Positions 13,201 to 24,068 of a DNA stretch of 64,000 bases are shown one piece after another. The notes beneath the pieces are model-generated. The model made no database searches. It was not told where the DNA came from and was given only the letters and a program-made list of their open reading frames with translations. The position numbers and the translations under genes were made by a program. This DNA comes from Epiperipatus broadwayi (lineage: Eukaryota > Animalia > Onychophora). The stretch is from NCBI GenBank assembly GCA_028023455.1, contig JAQFVV010000001.1, forward strand, positions 1,922,001 to 1,986,000. Reading direction: 5' to 3'. Numbering within the stretch: position 1 is the first letter of the stretch; every line of letters begins with the position of its first letter.

Positions 13201-13370
13201 TCTCAGATCCAAGCCTCATCACTGACAAAGGCCACAAGCCAGAAACTAGTCTGGGGATATTGGATGAGTAGGCACTAGATACGGATTTTATGCACAAGCC
13301 TTCTGGCATCCATTGATTATTCTGGTTGGCACAGGGTGGCACTATTGTATGGAGAGTTTTGCTTTGTTTG
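13201..13370 (+). mobile_element. Foldback family copy 3 (loop plus right arm only)
   Basis: tctcagatccaagcctcatcactgacaaaggcc...ggagagttttgctttgttt aligns collinearly with 10360-10530. Confidence 0.85.
13216..13257 (+). ncRNA. Minimal hammerhead ribozyme motif, copy B (core G8-to-A change, probably inactive)
   Basis: tcatca-CTGACAA(13222-28)-A-GGC-cacaa-GCC-A-GAAA(13242-45)-CTAGTC-tgggga. Stem II base pair is G-C here versus A-T in copy A (compensatory change). Confidence 0.6.
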
Positions 13371-16137
13371 ATAAATAAATTTATAAAAGTCTAAAGAGTT
13401 TTTATTATTAGTTTAAACAAAATTCACTTCGCTAAAAGAAAATAATCTATAAAAGTTAAAATGTAATCAAAAACAGTGGACGAATTTCAACAATGGATAT
13501 AGCTGGCAAATCTAAAAACTAATTAACAAAGTGACAATAGGTCATCATATAAATAGAGTGAGAGATCCAATCAGTCAGTCAATCAGTTGAGTTTTTACAA
13601 TCAGTATCACGTATCCCAAATCAGTGTTTTCATGACAATGCAGTGTTAACAACCATTGGAAGCATATGGCCAGACTCCAGCCTTAGTCTGATAAAAAAAA
13701 TCAGCAACCTGCCCGATGAAAGTGATGCCTGCCTAATAACTTGAAACTGCCAGAGATATTTAGCTGTCTTGAATAATAGTACTATGGATAGCAATGATAG
13801 GAACTTCCACAAAAACCTCAAATCCAACTGGTTGGAAAAAATTCACATGAAGCAGCAAACAGCAAGAAGTCAATGTCCAAAATCTTATAGGTAATGAATA
13901 ACTTTTTTTATTCCACTTCTAATATTAATGTAGCCATTGCTAATCTTGAAGCTTCCCAGAGTCAGTTAATAAATGAACTATATAACCGCATAAAATGAAC
14001 TGTTGATGTGCGTGTTTTGAAAATGCTTGTAATTATTTTAATACTGAATTATACTACTATTGTATATCTTATTATAATATATGTTGTCTGAGGTTATTAT
14101 AATTTATTGTTTAATTTAATTAAGATTTTATAAAAGTAGTTTAAAATTTACAATAATAGGTATTTAGTTAAAATAAATTGTCTTTAAAACTTAATATTTG
14201 TCCATCAATTCTTTTACCACTAAATAAAGTAACAGTATATTATATTATCCTTTTGATTGAGCTAGTTGGGATTTCTTAGGCGCTGAATTCTGCAGCCGAG
14301 AAGATCTGTGCCCTTGAAATGTTGTCACAGTTATATATATATTTAAATATAGCTCTGATTTGGGCACAGGTATCCTATGAATATTATTCTTCTCTGCCTA
14401 AGGGACCGTGGTGGTGCAATAATTAAATTGCATTGGTGTAGATCAAATGTATAAGTTTATATTTGTATCATATTTTTTGTATATTTCATAATGTTATTTT
14501 ATTAAAGAGTCAAAGTACCATGTTAGTTCGAGTTCTTCATTGATCTGCCACCCCACCCGGTTCAATATATATCCATTTTTATGTGTAAATGAATATATAA
14601 TGCTTATGAATGAAAAATTATTTATTTTGATATATACAAAAGTAAAACTATGAATATTTTTCATAATTTAAAGTCTGAGGGAAAAAATATTTTGGAGCAG
14701 TACAAATGTTAAAGAATTTCTTTGTAAATAAATGAATAAATAATTTTTTTTATTTACAAATGAATAACTGTTATTTATAAATAAGTGACTTAGGTATACA
14801 TATATGCAAACATTTTAAAACTATCAAAATTGTCTCAAATGTAAATAAGTTAAGGGCTCTAAGCAATAAATATGTTTTGTAATAATGGGTTTATTTAATA
14901 AAGTAATTTGTTTTTGTAAGTGAATAAATAAGCAAATTATTTATTTATTTAAAAATAATAAAGGCACATTTTATTATGACATTTCAGACAAAATGTCTTA
15001 AATATTTATTTATCTAATATTTAAGTTTTTTGTGAATAAGTAATTAATTTTCTGTTAACAAACATATTTATTTTTATTAGTACTATTTCATGTGCTTATT
15101 ATCTATATTTTTTACTATAGTATACTATTGAAATAACAATGTTCTTTGATTTTTGTTATCGCTTCTAATCTTTTTGGTTCACAAACTCACATAGCCATTG
15201 TGATTTCACTTTTAATTTTTTTAAAAATTTATTCAGATATTTAAAATATTGATGCAATTGTCCATGCCCATTTTAAGTTGTTTGATATTCACTATTTTTA
15301 TAGCATTCACATTATTTTCATTTATTTTTATTTAAAAATAAGAAACATTTTTTCTCACATTTCTGCCTATCTATATATTGTAACGGTCCGATCGATGACA
15401 TAATAACAGAGAATCTTATCTGACTACTGTCGGACCTAAAATCTTTGAGTAGGATGCTGGAGATGATGCGATGAAGTACATAATCTATGATTGCACCTAT
15501 TTTCAACAAACCAGCTTAATGTTCATTTATTAAATCCAGATGCAATTTGGATCAGTTCATCCACATCGCAACCCTTCTTTCGTTTTAACTGATAATGATT
15601 ATTTAATAATATCTTACAGTAAAAACATAATTAAAATTTTTTCTAGCATCTATAGGAATATAACATTGTTTTTACTAATAATAAAAGCCCCATTGTATTA
15701 CAGTTTTTATAGTCAATACATAAACATTTTTTTAATTTAACCAGATTAATTTGAATCCTTTATTTTCCAGCTAGATGCCTATTTATCAACCAATATTGAA
15801 TGAATCTCTCATATCTATCTAAAAGAAAAATTTTAGTATTCATATTAGACTGAACCTGAACCCCAAATTAAGGCAAGACAAATAATGTACTAAGCAGTAA
15901 TTCATAAGATTCTTTCCAATTAGATATTGCTTTGATATAATATAGATAAAATAAGCTAATAAATGGATGTGATATTTTGACTAAGAGTTTTTAATAAAAA
16001 TAATTTTGTTTTTTAATTAAAATATTATCTAATTTGTAATTAGTATCTTATAAAAAGTGAAATTAATTAAATTGTTTTATATTTATGTTGTATATTATAC
16101 TTATGCACATACATGCACTATTCAATCTATTTACAAA

Positions 16138-16155
16138 TTCCTCAACCAAAAAAAG
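16138..16155 (+). promoter_or_regulatory. Putative U12-type branch point and 3' splice site
   Basis: TTCCTCAAC (16138-16146) is one mismatch from the U12 branch consensus TTCCTTAAC. It is followed by CAAAAAAAG with no polypyrimidine tract; the AG at 16154-55 is required by protein homology. Confidence 0.65.
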
Positions 16156-16239
16156 ATATGGAAGATGCCCACACACACATTTTGTCATTATCAGAAGACA
16201 AAGATGCTGCATTCTTTGCTGTGTATGATGGCCATGGAG
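16156..16239 (+). CDS. PP2C/PPM phosphatase, first visible coding exon (x-MEDAHTHILSLSEDKDAAFFAVYDGHG)
   Basis: Contains the MEDAH and DGHG metal-binding motifs; ag|AT acceptor and G|gtaaga donor; phase 1 in, phase 1 out. Confidence 0.95.
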
Positions 16240-16364
16240 GTAAGATTAGTTATACTTATAATTCTTTAAAATAATATATATACAGTTATCTCTAAATAAT
16301 ATTTATTTCAAAATTATATACTATAAACAAAATAAGTGATAAATTATATATTTTTACATTTTAG

Positions 16365-16430
16365 GAGCTAAAGTTGCCCAGTATGCTGGAAATCATGTAC
16401 ATAAAAAAATAGTTAATCATGTAGCATATT
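16365..16430 (+). CDS. PP2C exon (GAKVAQYAGNHVHKKIVNHVAY)
   Basis: tttag acceptor, gtaagt donor; completes DGHGG in frame. Confidence 0.95.
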
Positions 16431-17039
16431 GTAAGTACTTTACATTTACTTTATATCAATATGGTTGTTTTTGTTTGATTTATTTGATCAATTTTGCATT
16501 CATTTATGTGTAAAATTTGTCAAATGTTTTTGATTCTGGTGTTTTTGATGCCTTATCTTAGCATTTATTAATAGAATATTGCAGAGAGTATATTATCCGA
16601 ATCACTGGAAAATTCTATTTTTTTTTATCGATTATTTCTATGTTTAATATTTTTTTGAATGAAGTGACAAAGTTTCAAGTTGGGGACCTATTTCCAATTC
16701 AATTTGTACTGTTACATATGAAATTGGTAATTGTGTTTCATAATTAAATAAATTAGTTTAAAGCAAAAATGCTTTTTGAAAAATTTTAAACAAATAGCTT
16801 TAAAAGAATAGCAATATAGTACTTTCTAGTTCAGCTCAAATATTTTTCAATAATATGTATATTTTAAAATCACTATGTATTGATCTTAAGGATTTAATGA
16901 TAAAAATTATCTATATAAAAGTGATGTTCTTTATTATTATTACTTATTTCCATACAAATGGAGCATTTTCTAATAGTTACTTTTTACCACTTGTTATCAT
17001 TTCTTTTTCAAAATATCCAAAAATAAAATAAAAAAAATT

Positions 17040-18720
17040 CAATTCCATCTTAAAATATTTCAAAATCAATAAAACAGATATCTTCTTCTATCTATATATC
17101 TTTTTGCAATAGTCTTCATTATTCCAGTTATTGTATTTTCTTTTTTTATTTATTTATTCTTTTCTGAATTCAAATTGTACTTCATATATAAATACCTAAA
17201 GCTGCTATAAATGCATCAAACCATTATTCTCAGTAATATTTTAGCTACATATGAAATCAAACTTACTGTTATAAAATTATATTACATTGCCTGTTTTCTA
17301 AAGGAATTTTAACTATTTAAAGGAATTCTGTGGCAAAAAATCAACTAATTTTCTTAAATTATTTTTCCCCAAACCTGTCATTTATTCCATTGGAATTTCA
17401 TTACTTTTTAGCTCTCAGCTTTCAATATTGCATAGTCTATTTTGTTTTTATCTATTTCACTTTCTTTTGCTGTTAATATAGAGGGCTTATTTGTATCATA
17501 TAAATAACTTGTATACATTTTTTCCATATTTTTAATGCATTTCTCCATTTTCTCTTTATTGTTTCAATTGTTGTTTTATAATTGTGATTCTGCTTTTATT
17601 GCTAAAATGTTTATTTTTAATTATAAATTAAATCAAACTTATTCATTCTTCTCTATAATTGCCCTGTTTCAGTATATTTCCCTTTTAACCTGATTGTCTG
17701 TCTTATCTAATATGTCTTTAAATTAAACTTTCTGTTTGTAGTTTTACTAGAAAAGCATTTATATTTTTCCATTATTATCTCTCTAATATTTTATTAATCT
17801 TCTCATTGATAACTCATTATTTATTACACTTATTGTTTTATTCAACAAATTTGAAACTTATCTTTTATATTTCTTTTTAATTTTCCAATAGTCCATAGTT
17901 TCTTGCGTTAGGACCTTTTTATACTCTTAAAATTTAGTTTCAGTTCTGCCACTACTAAATTGCTGGAGTAATATATAATCTATGTAAAATTTATTTCTAT
18001 ATAACCAGGAGTTATAAATGTTAATTTTTTATGGTTTTGAAACCCTCCCCCGCCACTTTTACTATTTCAATTTTTATTTTTCAGTTCCCAATCCATCATT
18101 ATCATTATACACTTATTTTTGTATTAATTTTCATCAATTTTCTCCATAGATAATCTCAATGAATTATATAACGTTCACTACTTGGCATTGCACCCTTTTA
18201 TAATTATCAGCTTCTTTGAAATGATTTTCAGCTTCATCAACAATAACCTATTGATTGCCTTATTATTGTTAATTGTAATAAGTAATAGGAATAGTAGTAG
18301 TAATTAATAATTACAATAACTTTATCTTCTGGCAAACATATGATATATAGAATGTTTTAATATCATCTATTTTATTTTAGGCTATATATTCATGATGATG
18401 GAATCCATTTACTTCATTACGACATCATTTTCTTTCATTCATCCTTTCCAAGCATTATATATTTTTGTAATGGATTAGATTATTTCATGATATAACTTGT
18501 ATAGAAAAATTTCAATCACTCCTTTATACTTAAGTATCCATTTGTTTATTTTATGTATTAGAGGATTACTATATATAAAAGTATTCCATGTTTTTACTTG
18601 TAAAACATTTATAATATTACATCTGTTTCTTCCATGAGAACAAGTAATTCTTAATTTATCTTATTTTTCATTTCATAACCCATCCATTTTGTTTCAGCAT
18701 ATTTCCTATTTACTTCTGAT
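17040..18720 (-). mobile_element. Highly degraded RTE-like LINE remnant (endonuclease to start of RT)
   Basis: Minus-strand fragments ISYVAKILLRIM, EVQFEFRK and ICFIDFEN resemble RT-start motifs (ISHASKILLKI, EQFGFRK, CFIDFEKAFD). Ends approximate. Confidence 0.55.
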
Positions 18721-19707
18721 AGATTCTATAACTTCTGATTTCTGATATTCTGTGTTTTTTTCTAACTTAAGTTTTTAAAGTTAAAGTCTTTAAAATTAAA
18801 TTGTGAACTAGACAGTTTTCAATCCTGCAAAACAAAATTTTTGTGGACGTAAAATTCTGTATATGTGTATGTGTGTGAAATCTCCAAAAAAATTAATAAT
18901 AATAAAATTGATAAAATTGTGTAACAAAAATTAAAGATAAAAATTTAAGTGTTTGCTTATATTTCAAATAACAGTTTTGCAGCAAATTTTTATTTGTCGT
19001 AATTTAATAATTAAGATTTTTTTTTTTAATAAAGTATTTTTGAGTTCGCCTCCCTGTCAATGCTTTAACATATGAAAAATAAATAAATAAACATATACTT
19101 GAATTCACAGATCTCTTGCTTTCTTTTCTTTCTTATAATATATATATATTGTGATATGTAAGATAAGTTTCCATTTCAATATTGATGTTCTAATGAAATT
19201 TTTGAATTTTTTTTTGTTCACCCTTTGGCATTGATGATGTCCTGTATTAAGCTCAGCAATTATAAAGTTAGTTTTATTAATTTTATGTTGATGATGTTGT
19301 TTTCTTTTTTTTCTGATTCTATGAAGCATTTTTTTAAGTGAACACATTTTTAATCATTTTTGATTATAGTTCATAGTCTATATAGGATGAATTCTTTATA
19401 AATTTGTAACACAATATTAAAAATTAATTATTGGAGGTTAATTGACAGATAATTAATTAATTTGCTATCCAGCCTCCAAACAATTTTTTTTTTTTTCCTA
19501 ATAACATCATAAGATAGGGTTTTTTTTATTGTTGACAGAAAAATATATCAACATAAATTTTTAGTTATATTTGTAATATTAGTAAAAAATACATTGTTAA
19601 TATTTTATTTAAATTTTTTACATTTTTACGATTTTAATAAAAATATTTCATGCAGTTTATTATTATTTAATTTTCTGTGTAATTAAAATTACAATAAATT
19701 ATTTTAG

Positions 19708-19773
19708 TAAGAGGAGATATTGAAGAAGCAATTAGGCAAGGTTTTTTGGAAGTAGATGAAGATATGTTGAAAG
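19708..19773 (+). CDS. PP2C exon (LRGDIEEAIRQGFLEVDEDMLK)
   Basis: ttttag acceptor at 19707 is the only nearby AG that avoids a stop; gtatta donor; frame continuous. Confidence 0.93.
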
Positions 19774-19859
19774 GTATTATTAGTAATAGATTACTCTGTT
19801 ATTTCATTTCTTACTGCAAACTTATGATTTTCTAAAATGAATTAAATGTTTATTTTTAG

Positions 19860-19933
19860 ATGAAACTATGAAAGATGAACTTGCTGGGACTACTGCTATT
19901 GTTGCAATTTTGAAAAACAGTAAAATTTATTGT
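19860..19933 (+). CDS. PP2C exon (DETMKDELAGTTAIVAILKNSKIYC)
   Basis: tttttag acceptor, gtaagt donor; conserved GTTA motif. Confidence 0.95.
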
Positions 19934-20515
19934 GTAAGTTATTGTCTTTGAATGTGTGTGATTATTTTTAAAAAATAGCAAATGTGTGAATATCTGTTTG
20001 TTATACACATTAATTTAATACAGAATTTTTTAAAGAAGATTAATTAGTTTTCACTTTCAATAAAAAACAAACTATTATTTTTCATTTCAAAAGATGTATA
20101 AAGTTATATAGAATTTTTATTTCAAATGCATTTTTAAAAATGCTTTGTGTCATAACTCAAAATCATGTAATCTGAAACCTTCTATTGTATGAATGGAATT
20201 AAACAGCCAATAGAAACTTTAAATGCAGTGAAACCTTGATTCACTATTTTTTCAAAGAGGTGAGAATAAAAATGATATATGTAGGAAAATGATAGTAATG
20301 GAAACCATTAAAAATTATAGATAAGAATTGTTTATTATTTATATAAAGTATAATTCATCTTTTATAATTTAAAACATTTCACATCTTTTGTATGAAAAAT
20401 GTGCGCAGATGTGTGAGTATATATATTGTATATTTATTTTAATAAAGGTTTCTATTGCAAAAAGATTGTGCAACAGATATTGAGATTTGAACAATGAAAC
20501 CAAATCTTGCACTGA

Positions 20516-20565
20516 AGGCACTAGATAGGAATTTTATGCACAAACCTTCCTGCATCCATTGATTA
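20516..20565 (+). repeat. Short fragment of the foldback/hammerhead family
   Basis: aggcactagataggaattttatgcacaaaccttcctgcatccattgatta matches the right arm of copies 1 and 3. Confidence 0.7.
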
Positions 20566-20615
20566 TGTATGCTTATTAACAGCATGTGTACACAAGCATA
20601 TGAAATGGTGCTCAT

Positions 20616-21350
20616 GTGATAATAAAATGTATAAGATTTGCAGATGATATAACTGAGGATGAAAATTGTCTTCAGAATGTGTTAAATAAATTGGGAGATG
20701 GATGTATGGAATATGGAATGGTGATTAATGTTGAGACGACTACATGTTTATGGATAAGAAGAAATGCAAAAAGGCTGCAAATTGAAATCTATGATATTCA
20801 ACAGGCAAAGGGATTTAGATATTTGGGTAGTTAGTTGAGTGAAGATGAAATTAAAAGAAGAATAACATTGGCAAAGGAGGCATTTATTGAGAGAAAGAAG
20901 ATATTTTGTGGACCTTTCAAAAGAGAATTAAGAAAAAGATTAATTAAATACTATGTGTTGAATGTACTAATCTATGGTTGTGAAACATGGATAATGAGTA
21001 ATAAAATTAGGAAGTGATTGCAAGCCTTTGAGATGTGGTCATGGAGAAGAATGGAAAAAATCAGTTGGATGAATAAAATAACAAACAAAGAAGTTTTGAA
21101 AATAGTAAATGAAAAAAAAGATTGATTGAGGAAATCAGAGAGAGAAAGAGAAATTTTGAATTGGACATGTGTTAAGAAGAAATTATAATTTAATGAAAGA
21201 TGTTTTGGCGGAAATGGTGAATAGAAATAAGAAAGAACTGAAGAGATTGGCATTGTTGGATGATATAAGAGATGGGAAGAGTTAAATAGAATTGAAGACC
21301 TAGGCAAGGAAGAAAATGGAATGGAAAAATAGATGAATTGATTATGTGAG
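20616..21350 (+). mobile_element. 5'-truncated RTE-like LINE fragment (RT C-terminal half)
   Basis: IRFADDI, YGMVIN, FRYLGS, EIKRRITLAKEAF, VLIYGCETW, LQAFEMWSWRRMEKISW; stops present. Confidence 0.85.
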
Positions 21351-21946
21351 TACTCTCTGAACTTGTTCATATGACAGAATACTTTTGATGTTGATATAGA
21401 ATTTAACATCAAAGTAATATATTTAAAAACCAAGATTAATATGAAGTATAATTATTAGATCTTTGCAGATTTTTAATATTTTAATTTGTGATTATATTAA
21501 TTTTATGTTTCGACATTTTATATATCTTAAGAAAATTTTAAGATACCACTTGATGAAAAAAATCTTTGTATGACCCTTGTTTGTGCAGATTTTACATCTC
21601 ACTACATGTTGTGCATACTTGAACGCATTACTTTAATCAGTGCTTCATAAATCTTAATAAAACTTGGTAAAACTTCAAGTTTATCATCTTTTTCTAACAA
21701 TAACGGAAATAATTATATATCTAATGAAAATACAATTCATATAATTATCCATGATGAACAATACTGGTTATTAGTTTTCACTTGGTTTGAAAAAAAACTG
21801 ACAGTAAAGAGCACTATTTCTTGTTTCAAATTGTTTAAAAAAACTATTCATGCAGAAAAATGTTACATTCAGATAATGATTTGTTAATGATAGTGATAAA
21901 ACAATAGTTTGAGGAACAATGATGCCCAAAAAAAAAAAATTATTCA

Positions 21947-23102
21947 CAACTGGGTCTCTTTTTACGCGGACTTATTTAACACGATTTTGAAGTTACGCGA
22001 TTCGTCTTTCACCGGAAGTTGAAGTTCAATAATGCACTATTACTTTAAATAATAAATTTCGCGCACTTACGTTATAGTAATTTCAATATTTTCAGTGCTT
22101 TATAATAGTAAGATTTTATGCAATAATGAAATTAAAATCATGATTTCCACATTTTATGTATACACATTAAATTTTACAAGATTATAATGTAAATTTGTTC
22201 AAACATTGTGCGTGTTAATTTTGTATTTTAAATCACATTCTGTTTTTGCTTTTTAAAAAAGAACATAATCAATTATTAATCATTTAGTGTCCACAAGTTT
22301 ATTTTTAAAAGATCAGTAATAGCAGTGGGCACAATTAAAAATTAAAATCGGATTTTTAATTGTAATTAACAATTTAAAAATTACATAATGTGATCTGAAA
22401 TTAATATGACGTGAAACAATGAAATTTGATTTTTAAACGGAATTGAAAATTAAAGACAAAAATAAGAATTTAATTTTTAGTTGTTAGTTTTAATGAAATT
22501 TTTCCCAGCAGTTGTGAATAAATGTCTTTTTATTATCATAAGTCTAAGTTCATAAACAATTAATAAAATCATCATCATCGTCAACAGAAAACCAATAACA
22601 CAACATGAGAGTGAACTTGGTGCTAGTTGTATTTCCTCTTGTGAGAATAATTGCTGAGATATTCTTGACTTTGTTTAAGGAGAAGCCAAATACATCACAT
22701 CACATGAGAATCTGATTTTTTACTAGTTTGCAAATGAATGTCTTTTTGGGCAAATAGCGATAATAATTAAAATGTGTATAAAAAAATTTAAATTACTGTA
22801 CTGTAAATTATGCATAAAAATATATTATTTTGAATAAAATTAAATATTATAGTTAAAAAAAGTTTGTCTTGTATCATTTTTTTTTCAAATTTGAAATTTT
22901 TTATTAGTCATATTTTATTTTATTTTTTTTTTTGCGCGAATTTTAAAGTAATTTTACGTTGGTGCTTTGCTTTTACGTGAATTTTGAAAAATCACAGACC
23001 GCATCCCCCCTTTGTCAATGTAAGTTATGTCTATTTTTGCACGATTTCGTTTGCGCGTGTTTTCTGAGAAACCTATCTATCGCGTAAAACGGGACTCAGG
23101 TG
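21947..23102. mobile_element. Non-autonomous Tc1/mariner-superfamily (pogo/Tigger-like) element
   Basis: 22-bp TIRs caactgggtctctttttacgcg (21947-21968) and cgcgtaaaacgggactcaggtg (23081-23102) match 18/22. TA follows the right end; CA precedes the left end. Confidence 0.65.
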
Positions 23103-23340
23103 TATATGCATTTAGTTCCAGTATCAAAAAAAAGTAGAAGAAATATGTGGGGGAAATGCAGTGTGATTTCACTGCACTAAGGAAAACAATAAAGCTAAGA
23201 AAATATAGTCATCATTCTTAAAAAATAAAAGAAGAATTTGAAGACTTTTAAAAATTTATATTTGTTTATAAATGTAGTGTTTTGTAAAATGGCAGACATG
23301 TTAATGCAATCCAGAAAAAACTAGAATTTATTCGTAAGGC

Positions 23341-24068
23341 TGTTTTTAGATCGCGCTCTGATAGCTGTGGAATTTAATTAGTGCATTGACGTAATGGCGA
23401 TCGACAATTCCTAGAAATATTTGCTAATTACAAATGTTTCTAGATAAGAGACGTTACCTTATTAGTCAGTGCATTGATTGATCATTGCAGTTGCCAGAGA
23501 GCGATAAGAAGACTGGGTAACATCTAGCAGTGTAACATAGAGAGCAGTCAAGCAGTATTGAGTAAGTATTTAAGTAGAGATATCTCGCGTCAGTGCTGGC
23601 GGTTAATGATCAGCGCCTAGTGGAAATGTATTTCACGGGTGTAGCTGAAAGAGACCGCAGCGGAGATATTGAAAGCATTCGTTGGAGAGCTTCGTTGCAG
23701 ACCAATTCGTTGGAGAGCTTCGTTGCAGACCAATTCGTTTGGAGAGCTTCGTGGCAGATCAATTCGTTGGAGAGCATTCGTTGCAAACCAATTCAGCGGA
23801 GAGATTGCAGACCAATTCATTGGAGAGCTTCGTTGCAGACCAATTCGTTGGAGAGCATTCATTGCAGACCAATTCGTTGGAGAGCTTCATTGCAGACCGA
23901 TTCATTGGAGAGCACTCGTTGGAAAAGAGCAGCGTGGGAATTGTATAACGTTATTGGCTGACCGCACAATATGACTTGCAGATATAACATTGGCACAGTT
24001 GTAAGTGCGGATTTAACAATAAATATTAAATTTTGATGGATATCATTTATATTTTAATATTTGTAACA
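23341..24068 (+). mobile_element. CpG-rich LTR-like segment (possible solo LTR) containing a tandem array
   Basis: GC/CpG content far above flanks; AATAAA at ~24018 then ...tgtaaca end. No TSD found, boundaries uncertain. Confidence 0.35.
23678..23923. repeat. Tandem array, ~8.5 units of 28-29 bp (TTCGTTGGAGAGCTTCGTTGCAGACCAA)
   Basis: Units start at 23678, 23706, 23734, 23763, 23792 (24-bp deleted unit), 23816, 23844, 23873 and 23901 (partial). Confidence 0.95.

Noticed and set aside
14370-14378. GTATCCTAT as the U12 donor partner of the 16155 acceptor
   Set aside because: Upstream sequence does not encode the expected MQGWRI, and would give D rather than N at the split codon. It cannot be excluded as a cryptic or UTR donor.
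14400-14560. tRNA-derived SINE head (A-box-like tggtgcaat, B-box-like agttcgagtt)
   Set aside because: Boxes are degenerate, ~100 nt apart, with no cloverleaf or second copy.
15379-15618. Possible solo LTR (TGTAAC...TTACA)
   Set aside because: No TSD and no second copy in the window.
17040-21350. Two RTE-like fragments in opposite orientation as one 5'-inverted insertion or a back-splicing pair
   Set aside because: Host exons lie between them and they cover non-overlapping parts of ORF2, so they cannot base-pair.
23678-23923. CRISPR-like periodicity
   Set aside because: Units abut directly with no unique spacers; eukaryotic intron; no cas genes.
23593-23974. Four overlapping ORFs of 81-122 aa
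   Set aside because: They are translations of the 28-bp tandem array in different frames; no start context or homology.
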